In this document: in pieces, positions 23,503 through 35,480 of the stretch
Layout: the number at the start of each line of letters is the position of its first letter
Numbering within the stretch: position 1 is the first letter of the stretch
Translations under genes and position numbers: made by a program
From: Takakia lepidozioides
Lineage: Eukaryota; Plantae; Bryophyta
Direction of reading: 5' to 3'
Length of the DNA stretch: 64,000 bases
Assembly: GCA_030704615.1 (NCBI GenBank)
Contig: CM060731.1
Span: forward strand, 4,526,001 to 4,590,000
Notes under the pieces: model-generated
What the model saw: the letters and a program-made list of their open reading frames with translations, nothing else
Told to the model about the DNA's origin: nothing
Database searches by the model: none

Positions 23503-26436
23503 ATGAGGAGATTTTTCTTTGAGGTATCAAGAATCTTTGAGACAACATCGGCCAAAACTTGTGTTAAGACTTTTCAGTCACGGAGGATGGGAGGGTTGCT
23601 TCAGGGACAAATGGTCGTTGCTTATCAGGCTGGCAGCTGGGGTAGGACCTCCGCCTTTACCACAAGTTTTAGAAGTCGGCCAAAAGAAGGACTCAGCAAG
23701 ATGACGCCTGCCACTCGTGGGGATGTCAGGTCACTGTGTAAGAACGGGAAACATATAGAGGCGCTGCAGGTTCTGGATGAAAGGGGTGTTGATGTAGACT
23801 CCAATACTTATCTATTTCTTCTGAAAGGCTGCACAAACTTTAGAGCCCTGGAAGACGGAAGGCAGGTGCATTCTCACATAAGTCGAAGTGAGTACAAACA
23901 CAATATCTTGATATTCAACGCCCTTGTCAACATGTATGCCAAGTGCGGCAGCATTGTGGATGCGCGACGAGTGTTTGAAGAAATGCCTCAGCGAGATGTG
24001 TTCACTTGGACTATGATGATGACAGGATATGCCAAGCATGGGTGCGCCAAGGAGGCTTTCAAAATCTATGAGCGAATGCAGTGGGAAGGGGTAAAGCCTG
24101 ACAAGGTTACATTCATTTGTGTCCTCAATGCATGTGCCAGTCTAGAAATTCTGGAGAAGGGCAAGCAGGTGCATGCTGATATCGTCAAAGCTGGAATTGC
24201 GCCATACATTGTCTTGGAGAATGCCCTTGTCGACATGTATGCCAAGTGCAAGAGTGTAAAGGATGCGCGTCAAGTGTTTGACAAAATGGCAAAACGAGAT
24301 GTGATCTCATGGAATGCCATGATTGCAGGATATGCGCAGCAAGGACATAGTGTGGAGGCTCTCAATCTTTACAAGCAAATGCAGCGGGACGGGGTGTCCC
24401 CTGACAGGGTCACTCTCATTTGCACTCTCAATGCATGTGCTGGTCTTGGAGCCCTTGAAGAAGGCAAGCGGGTCCATGCTGACGCGATCAAAGATGGACT
24501 TGCATCCGATATTAATTTGGAAAATACTCTTATTGACATGTATGCCAAATGCGGAAGTGTGAAGGATGCGTTTCAAGTCTTTAATAAAATGTCCAAACGA
24601 GATGTCGTGTCCTGGACCTCGATGATTGCAGGATATGCTGAACATGGTCATGGTGAAGAGGCTCTCAAAATGTATGAGCAAATGGAACAGGAAAAGGTGA
24701 TGCCCAATGTGGTCACTTTCATATGCATTCTCAATGCGTGTGCCTGTGTAGGAGCTTTGGAAAACGGCAAGCGAGTCCATGTTGACGTTATCAAAGCTGG
24801 CACTTCATCATACATTGTTTTGGACAATTCCCTTGTCGACATGTATGCCAAATGTGGAAGCTTACAGGATGCGCATAAAGTTTTCGATTTAATGGCCAAA
24901 CGAGATGTGGTCTCATGGAACACAATCATCACTGGGTATGCTCAACAAGGGCATGGTAAAGAGGCTCTAGAAATGTATAGGAAAATGCAGTCAGAAGGTG
25001 TAAAGCCTGACAAGGTCACATTCATTATTGCTCTCAATGCATGTGCCAGCCTCGGAGCTTTGGAAATGGGCAAAGGGGTCCATGCCGACATTATCAAAGC
25101 TGGAATCGCGTCATACATTGTTTTGGAGACAACCCTTGTTGACATGTATGCCAAATGTGGCAGCCTAAAGGATGCACGTCTAGTGTTTGACGAAATGGCC
25201 AAACGAGATGTGGTACCATGGAATGCAATGATTGCAGGATATGCTCAGCACAGCCATGGTGAAGAGGCTCTTACAATCTATGAGCAAATGCATTTGGAAG
25301 GGGTAAAGCCGGACAAGATCACGTTCATTTGCATTCTTAGTGCATGTGCCAATCTTGGAGCTCTGGAAAGGGGCAAGCAGGTCCATGCTGACATTGTCAA
25401 AGCTGGAAGGATGTCATGTATTAGCTTGGAGAATACCCTCATGGACATGTATGCCAAATGCGGGAGAATGAATGAAGCCCGTCAAGTGTTTGACAATATG
25501 GTCAAACGAGATGTAGTCTCATGGAATGTGATGATCGCCGGAAGTGCTCAGAATGGGTGTGGTAAGGAGGCCCTCCAATTATTTGGACAAATGCAACAGG
25601 AAGGCTTGAAGCCAGACAGCGTCACTTTCATTTGTGTCATCTCTGTGTGTAGCCATGTGGGCCTGGTGGATGAAGGCCGTCACTACTTTGATTCCATGAG
25701 TCAATCTCATGGTCTCGTACCTACAGTGGAGCATTTTGGTTGCATGGTGGACCTACTTGGCCGTGCAGGGCGATTAGACATGGCAGAGGATTTGATCAAC
25801 AACATGCCCATTGAACCTAGTGCTTCGGTGTGGAGGTCCTTACTTGGTGCCTGCAGAATCCATGGTGATGTGGAGGTAGCAGAACGTGCTGCAATATCTA
25901 TCCTGAAGGTAGATCCACAGCATGCTGCAGCTTATGTGCTGCTATCAAACATCTATGCTGCCGCTGGCAGGTGGGACGATAAAGCGAAGTTGAGAAAACT
26001 GATGGATGACAGAGGTGTCAGAAAGCAGCCAGGGCGAAGTTGCATCGAGGTCAATAACCAAGTGCATGTTTTCTGTGTAGAAGATGATTCACATCCACAA
26101 ATTGGGGAAATCCATGCTGAGCTGAAGAGATTGTCTGGGCAGATGATGGGGGCTGGCTATGTGCCTGACACGCACTTTGTATTGCATGATGTGGACGACG
26201 AGCAAAAGGCATCTTTGCTTTGCCACCACAGTGAGAAGCTGGCCATTGCTTTTGGGCTCATCAGCACTGCCCCTGGGATTCCTATCTCCATCATTAAGAA
26301 TCTTCGGGTGTGCGGTGATTGCCACACCGCCACCAAGTTCATCTCAAAGCTTGTGGGGCGAGCAGTTTTTGTACGGGATGCCAGCCGCTTTCATCACTTC
26401 AAAGATGGAGCTTGTTCTTGTGGGGATTATTGGTGA
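23503..26436 (+). CDS. PLS-class pentatricopeptide repeat protein with E1-E2-DYW deaminase domain (organellar C-to-U RNA editing factor)
   Basis: 977-aa intronless ORF. About 20 L/S/P motifs with a 101-aa period (six MYAKC S motifs), P2-L2-S2, E1/E2, PG box (PGRSCIE), HSEKLA, CGDCH, terminal CSCGDYW; N-terminus resembles a transit peptide. Confidence 0.97.
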   Translation: MRRFFFEVSRIFETTSAKTCVKTFQSRRMGGLLQGQMVVAYQAGSWGRTSAFTTSFRSRPKEGLSKMTPATRGDVRSLCKNGKHIEALQVLDERGVDVDSNTYLFLLKGCTNFRALEDGRQVHSHISRSEYKHNILIFNALVNMYAKCGSIVDARRVFEEMPQRDVFTWTMMMTGYAKHGCAKEAFKIYERMQWEGVKPDKVTFICVLNACASLEILEKGKQVHADIVKAGIAPYIVLENALVDMYAKCKSVKDARQVFDKMAKRDVISWNAMIAGYAQQGHSVEALNLYKQMQRDGVSPDRVTLICTLNACAGLGALEEGKRVHADAIKDGLASDINLENTLIDMYAKCGSVKDAFQVFNKMSKRDVVSWTSMIAGYAEHGHGEEALKMYEQMEQEKVMPNVVTFICILNACACVGALENGKRVHVDVIKAGTSSYIVLDNSLVDMYAKCGSLQDAHKVFDLMAKRDVVSWNTIITGYAQQGHGKEALEMYRKMQSEGVKPDKVTFIIALNACASLGALEMGKGVHADIIKAGIASYIVLETTLVDMYAKCGSLKDARLVFDEMAKRDVVPWNAMIAGYAQHSHGEEALTIYEQMHLEGVKPDKITFICILSACANLGALERGKQVHADIVKAGRMSCISLENTLMDMYAKCGRMNEARQVFDNMVKRDVVSWNVMIAGSAQNGCGKEALQLFGQMQQEGLKPDSVTFICVISVCSHVGLVDEGRHYFDSMSQSHGLVPTVEHFGCMVDLLGRAGRLDMAEDLINNMPIEPSASVWRSLLGACRIHGDVEVAERAAISILKVDPQHAAAYVLLSNIYAAAGRWDDKAKLRKLMDDRGVRKQPGRSCIEVNNQVHVFCVEDDSHPQIGEIHAELKRLSGQMMGAGYVPDTHFVLHDVDDEQKASLLCHHSEKLAIAFGLISTAPGIPISIIKNLRVCGDCHTATKFISKLVGRAVFVRDASRFHHFKDGACSCGDYW

Positions 26437-29400
26437 AACACGCAACCTCAGAAAGTGAGTGTGAGGTTATATTATTATTGTTCTGAGGAAGTAATGAGGA
26501 GGTTGTTGGAAGTAACAATTGGTGTCATTATAGTTGACAATCGGTACTACACTTTCTGTGTGCTGACACTCAAATTTCCATATGTCTATGGGAGCAGCAG
26601 GGAAGTCACTCAAAGGCAGCGGACTGCTGTTTTCCACGTATTGCAAGGACGCAGATGCATGAAGTTATTGGGGTTGGAAGTCACGCACTGGATGCCCACA
26701 CACATGGATTCAGGCTTCACACCCTCATTTGCAACTCACATTGTACTTCTCATTTCCCAATCTGAGACGTGTGTTGCGCCTTCGTAGCTCAATGAAGGAC
26801 CAAGAAAAGACTCGCCATCAGTCAATCTCTAAAGACGTGCGCCACTTTTTCAGCCTGTCCACCTTCAGAGAGCAATCAATGAACTTGGCTAAGATGACTG
26901 CGCGCACGCCTTTATACATGAGTGATGGACAAATTGAACTTTGCGTGGTGGCAGATGCAGCTTGGTTTCTTTGCAAGTTGTAAAACCAGCGCTGGCCAAT
27001 CAACTTGCTTTGATGGTCAGGTGACATTGTTAGACCTGAGTAACCATTTTGCCTGTGGTAAAACTATGGAGTTGAGAGCAGTATCCTGCTAACACTTTCC
27101 CCCCAGAAGGAACAGCTAACAAACCTGAAACAAATGCTTTGAGAAATCAGGAAACCAGAAATACGAATGAACTCCTTTGAGCGGAGAGTCCCTTAGCAGT
27201 GACGGTGGTGAGGAGACTGGTGGGTCCTGTGGCATCTCAGAAATCAGTTTCAGCAGATTTGCAGGAGGCGAGGAACAATTGGTCCATGCCAATTAGAGGA
27301 TGTACATTTGAATTGGACAAATGGACAAAATGCACCCAATTGCAGGGGTGTGGACTACAACTAACTGGCTTGTTTGAGCTTCTTGATAACTGCATGGCAT
27401 CTGGGAGATGGTATGATGAACAAATGTTGTAGAGTGGTGGGCCAGAGTCAAATAACCGTTTCTCTATTTCACTGGTATATTCACTGGCAAACACCTGTTC
27501 GCTTGAGGGATTTTCAATTCTTCAAAAGTTTGGGTCTCTTCACTTTTAATGTTCTCAAGCCCAGGAATAGGTCAGAAGTATTGGAGAGGGAGAAGGGAAA
27601 GATGTGGAGTTTCATTGGTTTACTGTGTGACCAGGCCATTGGAACCTGAAAAGTTGAAGGGGGCAGCATGGGAGGCATATTCATGCCTGGGTTCCCACAA
27701 AGGCTCATTCCACAATGGGGTTATGGGACAACAGGTGAGATCTTCACTGGTTCTGTTAGTTGAGTGGTTTGAGTAGGCTTCAAATCGTGTGTTAACTAAC
27801 ATATTTGAATGACAATTGGTCCTCATACACAGCTGTTCAGGTCAGGCTTTGACATGAAGACAGGCAAAAATCTGGGTAAGATGAATACTGAAGAAAACAA
27901 CCCACTTAGCCTTTGGCAGCATTGGGAACAAACATGCAAGCAAGGGGAGTGCAGAGTAAAGAGGTGGAGGATGGAAATAGACTACTTGGTGGACTGCCCT
28001 AGTCTAGTGATTTGAATGCAGCAGAATGTGGGACAGTGGAGATATAGGGAGAAGATTTGGTCAGTATCAATTCGCTTCCAGTAAGGAGACTCACCTTTTA
28101 CATGAAGTCGGTGCTGGCTGTCCAGATTTCGACCAAAAGGCCCTTTAACCCAGCATTCAGTGTGTTTCCAGAAATCACATCAGAGGTCAGAGCTGTGGAG
28201 AAGAGAAAAAAGATTCCCAGAGAGTTGGTGGGGGTAAGGCAAGATATGTGGATGAACTGAAATTTATGTGCGCACATAGGCAGACTGAAATCAGGGGTGG
28301 TAATGGCTTGTTGGATCGCAGAGATACTGAAGCAGAGACTCCCAAGTTCGATGAGATGGCTGTGTAACAAGGAGGCCGTTGCAGCACTGTTTGCAGTGCC
28401 TGCCATCATTTTGGCGATTTTCCCTCGGGTGAGCAAACGTTTTTGATGTGGAGGGTGGTACCTCATTACTTCCTACATGCATACTATTATTTTGGTAATT
28501 CTTGTGCTTTGAAAAGGAAAAGGAGGGCAGAAGTGAGGCACTTCCGAACTCCTGGTTGATCCTGAGAAAGTGTTTGAAAAAAGGTGGACATTTGTTAAAT
28601 TCAGGCGAGGAACCTCAAGTGGGGTTGCAGTTGTATGGGGAGTAGTACATTCTGAGAGTTGTGACAGAAAACTGGTGGTAGCCAGAAACTTGTTTAAATT
28701 CATTTGAGGGCCTTGGCAGACACATTGAAGCAACAGACTGGATTTTCTGTGCTAGTGAGGTAGGGTGGGAAGCATCACTTCCAAAATTTAGAGGAGCTGT
28801 TGACAGTGCTGCTGAGCTGTCCACTTAGAAGAAGTTAGGACTTCTAAAACCATTCGAATTACCTGGCAGCTGCTCGTTGGCCTTCCTGTTCTTTTCAAGT
28901 GGTTTGGTAGGTCTGAGATGCACTCTCTCCCCTTTCTCTCTCTCCCCATCTTCGTGTGGTGGAGGTAGCAAGGCGAGCACTATGCAGAAGGGGTGTCATT
29001 TCACCCCAAGTGCCCCTTGCACATTCCAACTGACAGTCAATACGTCACATTGCCCTTGTACGCTATGAACATACATGTTGAGTTGTATTGTGCAATACAA
29101 CTTGATGTTCAGTGCAGGATGCTGGGATATGAGATATTTCCTTGCATTTCATCATATATAAGGTTAACTCCTGTCGAAGCAAGTGTAATGCATGCTGTCA
29201 CCAAAGGACTAAGGTGGTCACCTTCTAACGGCCGTAACTGGCCCAAACCTCCACAAAGGGATTGAAAGTCTCTAGGTACTTGTACACTAGGTGAGTGGTT
29301 GACCAGCAACCCCCTTTTCGCAGTTGGGTTGGCTATAATTTGTGACATCCAACATGCAGTTATGTGGGCTTTGAACCCACGATTGTTTTCAAAGGCAGCT

Positions 29401-29715
29401 GTTGTCATCAGACATTGTAGTCTTTGGGGGGGGGGGGGGGTGAGATAATTAGTTCATCAAACAACGGATTTTGTTCATTTCTTGTATTTGTCTTGTCATG
29501 TTGGGACGAAACATTATCCATCCTGCACATTAGCCTTTACAACCCCAAGAAGCTTCAGGACAAACAGTCCCTCCCTTCTAAACACTCCGTTGGGGATGAT
29601 AATATCTAGGGAAAATGAATGTTCCTCCACCAAGAAACCAAGCTCCAGGCTTGCAAACACAAGAGTGACAAGAGCATGCAAACCCATGCATCGCACAGTT
29701 GCATAGGCCCCACTG

Positions 29716-30888
29716 TAGGGAATTCCAGAAAGGCCTTGATGTGCAATGCATCGCAATTCACTTGATCACCCCCTAAAAGTGCGCAATTCAATTGAACTAA
29801 CCCTAATTTGCAATTCAATTGAATTGTCGGTGCACATGATTCAATTGAATCGCTAGTTGGCAATTCAATTGAATTGTAATCTATAATTTTTAACTTATTT
29901 CTGTATATAATATATATATGTATATATTTAATTATACATATATACATACACATGTATAAGCTAAAACTACATGTTGCCTGTCTATTCTTGCTGTCCGTCT
30001 CTCAATCCTTTGCCCGTGGTAAGGCATGAGCCCAAGATAAGCCTAAGGGAGAGCGAGAGAGGGAGAGAGAGAGAGAGAGGAAGTCACGAAGCGCTTGTAA
30101 AAGCGGGATTGTCTCTCTTTGTGGATGTTGGTGCCAATATATGGCTATGTACATATACCAAACATGATACCAATGTAAGAGTATCAACGTGTAAGAGTTT
30201 GATATAGAACACACATCCCAACTTCAACATGATACCTTTGTAAGCGTATCGAAATTTTTGATAATTCTCAAGATGAACATATTTTTTGTTTTCTTTGTCC
30301 TGGGCCAGATACTAGTGTTAGGGGACTACATGGTGATGGGGAAGCCTTTCATCAATTGTCAGGTTTGATTTTGTCTGTTTTTTTCGGAGTCAGCCATGTT
30401 TCTTTTGCCAGTGAATCAAAGGAAGCTGCTGATCTGTCTCCGTCTCTGGCTTTCCCTTGCTCGTTGAGGCTGAGGGTGGCTTCACAACTCCACAATTTCC
30501 TCAAGGGCACAAGAAAGAGGGCCAGCAAGAATAGACGGGCAACATGTATTTTTAGCTCATACTCTTATATGTGTATAAATATAATTTGAATATACATATG
30601 TACATATATATTATATATTATATACAAAAATAAGTTAAAAAATTATAGATTACAATTCAATTGAATTGTAGTCAGCAATTCAATTGAATTGCTTGAATTG
30701 CGAGTTGACAATTCAATTCAATTGTTGACTGCAATTCAATTGAATTACGAGTTGACAATTCAATTGAATTGCAAATTAGGGTTAGTTCAATTGAATTGCC
30801 CTTGCAATTCAATTGAATTGCGCACTTTTAAGGGGTGATCAAGGGAATTGCAATGCATTTCACATCAAGGCCTTTTTGGAATTCCCTA
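29716..30888. mobile_element. Foldback-like non-autonomous DNA element (TAGGG termini, probably hAT) with about 280-360-bp inverted arms
   Basis: TAGGGAATTCC...GGAATTCCCTA ends; arms 29716-29993 and about 30523-30888; palindromic CAATTCAATTGAATTG repeats; flanking direct repeat CCCACTG(T) of 7-8 bp. Confidence 0.88.
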
Positions 30889-31176
30889 CCCACTGTGCAA
30901 TGTACTTGGCCATTGGGCTAGGTGAGTTCCATCTGAAAGCAGGAACAACCAAGCCGTGTAAAGTGAATACTAAAAATAATGTTTAGTCCTTAATTGATGA
31001 GGTTTTCTCCTGCGTGCAGTCAGCCCAGAACAGAAACCGAAAATATACTACTACAATAGGCTTTTTTTGTCCGACCCGGGCCTCGGGCCCTCGTCTCTGG
31101 AGGTGGTATATGCCCTTTGCCTGTAGCCTAGACAGTGCCCCAATCTTGAGCATGTTGAGTGAAGAGCCCACTCTTA

Positions 31177-31202
31177 CCTCTCTCTCTCTCTCTCTCTCTC
31201 TC
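31177..31202. repeat. (CT)n microsatellite
   Basis: Run of CT dinucleotides. Confidence 0.9.
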
Positions 31203-33160
31203 AAAGAAATTTGTCACCAACTCTGTTGACTGCATTTAGTAATATACTTCGTATCCTGAACTGTTTGACCTAAGCCATGAGCTGGCAAACATTTCGGTTC
31301 TTTTTCTCCTGCATTGATCTAACTTGTTTGGCAAGTAAGTTCCACTAGGTGTTAGGCACTCACAAGGAATGCAGTCACATGCAAGCATGATGGGCAGGTG
31401 CAGGGAGGGTGGAGGGAATAGCAGCTGGAGCAGGGCGGGGTGGTGCAACGCCCAAGGTTAGTAAAAGCCCGTATGGGGCCCAGAAACTTTGCCAATTATT
31501 TAATCATCTGGGTTATCCCACGCCAAATAAACAATCCCATTGTGTGGTCTAGTTATAAAGCACCTGCAGTGGGCCCCCACACTGGTTTTTTGGGGTCCTA
31601 ACTTGTTTTGTATTTTTTGGGGTAGAATGGGCATCATGGCCGGGAATGAATGTCTCCCTCATCCCGGTCACGTGGCAGACAATTTTCTGTTTTGTGGGTT
31701 TTTTCTTTCTTACAGAACAGGGGGATTTCTTATGCGGATTGTATTGGTAATGAGTTTGCAAACTTTTTACCGGAAACATGCATAAGTAGGTATGTTGTGC
31801 GCAGGGTGGGATTGGAAGCCGGGTTTTGTCCCGGATATGATGAATGTGGGGTGTGCATGATTCAACGAGTTGTTGCATCTTGAGTGTATCATCATTTCCG
31901 CTGCAATTCTGTCCTAGCCTTTGACCACTCGATGGGAGAAATCCCATCCCATCGCACTGACTTGCTGGCATATCGAACCCCATTCGCAACAATTTCTCTT
32001 AAACAAAAACAAACCGAAAACATCTCCTTTTTAGAACTTAAGATTGGTATGTTCTGTTTTTCTAAATTTTATGATATTATTTTGAAAATTATCCAGCACG
32101 ATTTAGATTTCAACCTTGTATTTGTTTTTATCAAATTGAGGATTATTACAACATATCATAACGTGGTGGGGGTGAAGGACGAGGAAAAAGTGAGTGGCAG
32201 GCTGATCATGCAGTGCAGACCAAATTGGCATTTATTACCTCAAATTTCACTGTTAGCGTGCACGCTACAACAAACACTTTACCACAAGTCACTGTTGCCC
32301 ACTTGTATATATATAATGATAATAATAATAGCTTACCCATAAAAAAGAAATTGACCACTGTGTTAATACACAACCACCAAGTTGGCGCGTACGAACCGTA
32401 AGAGGGGTGAGAGTTAAAAATACCACATTAGTTGAAGGCCTGACAGCCTCCATCCCACCGTTGGCTGACTAGCGACGGAGCGCCAGGATCCGAGGATGGT
32501 GAGCCCACGATTAGAGGACTTTGAGGGCATCATGTGGGGCCACGTGGACCCCCTTCCCGTTTTAGTGACTACCGATAGCCGCGTTAGTGAGGGCTTAGTT
32601 ACTAAAATGTACTGCCGGTTTAGTACTAAGTACACATAAATACGGTATGTTTTTATTCTATCATACATAATTGTTTATGGTATACGCAATCATGAGTGGG
32701 TTGTCTGAACGGGATCATGGGTTGCTTTCACGCTGCAAACCAATGATAGATATTAAATCTCATCCACTCCGTTCACAGAATTATTCATCTGTTTCCAGAA
32801 ATGCCGCCTTGTCTCGTCCGTCCCCCACCACGTTCATCTACGGGCTGCGAACGGATGGATGAAAAGAGCCAGTTAATGAAGGAACGTTGAGGTTGACTGG
32901 TTCTGCAGTAGCTGCCGTAAAATATGGGTATTAATTCCCGATTATTGCTTATTCCCTTCTTTTCCCCACGTACACACATGCAGAATCTTGTCCGTCGTAT
33001 GGAAAAAGATCCACGATCGGCTGACGAGAATTGGACGGCTCGATGCGCATGAAGTGAGATGTAAGCGAGGGTGTGGATTATTCCGAACGGATGCAAAAAC
33101 GACGTGCGCAGATAGAGAAGAGAGGGGATTGGAGGAGGGGCGCCTGCAGCCCTATACCAT

Positions 33161-33194
<34 letters not shown>
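33161..33194. repeat. (AAT)n microsatellite
   Basis: TAATAATAAT...GATAATGATAAT. Confidence 0.9.
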
Positions 33195-33195
<1 letters not shown>

Positions 33196-35480
33196 GTCTG
33201 ACACACGTTATCTGCAACGGAGCCAGGGGTCGAGTAACTAGAGGTAAAAGAAACCGGGGCAGCAGGTAAGCGACACAGGACATAAGAGCGCGCGGAAACA
33301 TGCAGCACAGCACCTGAAGGTTCAAGGCGCTGCTGCCACCTTTCATCCATCCGTGTATTCATTCATCCGTCATCATCCAGGTAAACCGGGGGCCCGACGA
33401 GATGATTGTGGTATGATTTGATCACCGCCACACCTAGGTAGGTAGGTACTATACGTACGGTACCCGTATCCTGTACCCGGTATCCCTCGTACATTACAGC
33501 TACCGGTATACGTAGCGCCGGGTGCGCTCCAGGGGAATTTGAGGATGATGGGATGATTGATGGGGCCAAGGCAATTGCGTGCCGGGTTTAGCCGTAATTA
33601 TACGGGGAATGGCGATGGGAGAATTACGGCGAGACGAGTGAGGGTAAAGCGCCCGGCCAGGTAAAAGGGGCGTCAGGCGCGGGTAGATTCCGGGCCGGGC
33701 AGCGCACCACAGTGTCGTCTCTCTCGCTCGCTGCATGTTCTCGAACTGCGTCGCTACCTCCCGTCTTGCTTGTTGCTCGCGCCCTCGCTCGCTCGCTCTA
33801 GGTTTGTACCCGGGGCTCTGCTCTGCTGGTTCTCGTCCGCTGTGCTTTCTGTTCGTTTTCAAGTGGCACGCTCTCTCTCGCGCTCTGTGTGGTACCGTCA
33901 CATCGTTATCTCTTGTTGCAGCTGTCTCTTTCGGTGGCTGCTGTTGCTGCCGCCTTAGATTTCTGTTCTCGTGTCTGCTCTCACTAACATTGGGGGCCTT
34001 TTTTGGACTCCCGTTACAGAGTCTGTGTCTCGTCTGCCACTCTCGCATCTCGTCTGTCCCATCCACTTTGTAACTCAGCTTTTAGCGCAAGCTTCAGCTG
34101 CCGCTTCGACTCTCACTCTGTGTCATCGATGTAGTTCTAAGGTGGCTGCATCATAGTCTCGTTGTCATCTCTTTTTACGAGTGTCTGTCGCTCCTTCGCA
34201 GTCTTTCATTACTGTTTCTTGAGCACTCGGGGAAACCGAAACCCCTTCTGGCCGTGCTTGCACTTTCACGTCGTAGGGCTTTCACTTCCTGCTCGCAACT
34301 GTAATATTTTCGCCATTCTCTGTATCCGGATCCCTTCTCCTGTCCTTCTTAGCAAAGGCCCGAGTTTTTTTTTTCACTTTCCTTCGTTTGTTTCTTCTTC
34401 CGCTTCTCTGTTTTTTCGATGTACTCCAGTTTTGGGGTAGTAAACCACCTTATATGTCCGCTTCTTGGCCATTCCATGTGTCTTGTGCTCGTAGTAGGTT
34501 TTTGTAAGCGGGTTTGATGCGTGTCATCGCCAACACATATTTGTTCTATTTCAGGTTGTTAAAGCTCTTTCTCCGCCGTGGCTTGACGTAGTCTTTCGGT
34601 CTGTAACATTCGATTGAACCAGGGACAGAGGTAGGCCAGAGATATGGTGATGATTTTGAGAAGGTAGGAGAACCGGAAACCTGTTGAGGCGCCGCAGAGC
34701 AAGTTCGGTAAGAGCCTTAGCTGCTGCTTATGTGAAGCGTTCAACGCATGCACCGACTGTATTGCAGGCGCTTTTCTGGAATACCCTCCCTGGTGCATGA
34801 GGCTGGTGAAGTGCATGTGTACTCGAACAGTTTTCGGAATTGTTTTCTTAGGGATCGGACATCTGACCCAGGAGGAAGGGGACCATTATGGTGACCATTT
34901 TGTGATCGCCACGTTGCCGTTCGTGGAGATTGAAGGACCTATCTGTGTGATGTGTAAGCACTAACAGGGCCTATGGTTGTATCGTGTAAAGGAGAAAAGT
35001 TACCGTCTGTGGATTCTGGATTCTGGGTGAAGCCAAGGTCAAGCTTAGGTATGTTGTTGTCCTAAACTGCAGTCGAGTGACAAGGCTTACATGGTGCACT
35101 GGTAAACAGACCACTGAAAACTACTTGATGGGGGATGGAGACTGGGTCCAGTTGGAGTCTTCACAAGTGAAGATGTTTGGTTAGCTGCCTCTCCATTCCT
35201 TGAAGAAACCACCGGACTGTATTCCTGGGTTGTGATTGACTGTGGCTCCCCTTCAGAGGTGCGACAGAAAGAATGCCTTGACTGCTGTGGAGAGCCTAGT
35301 CGCCAATGGAAGAGGGATGATGTTTCCTTGTGTGGGAAGTCTCTCCAGGTCATCACGAGATTAGGTGGAAGTTCTGAGCACAAAGGCAAAGAGCTCGACA
35401 TGCGTCTGTAGTACTGGCCATGAAGAGCTGACTCCCGGCTGGGGCTGGTGTGAAGAGGCATATGCCATGTGCTGGGAATC

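Noticed and set aside
23812-26342. Antisense ORFs over the PPR gene (and over AFB, 35087-35740)
   Set aside because: Shadow frames of real coding sequence.
27200-29000. Very old LINE ORF1 remnant on the minus strand (…LGIFF…GLLVEI…)
   Set aside because: Only a faint resemblance; no diagnostic motif or boundaries.
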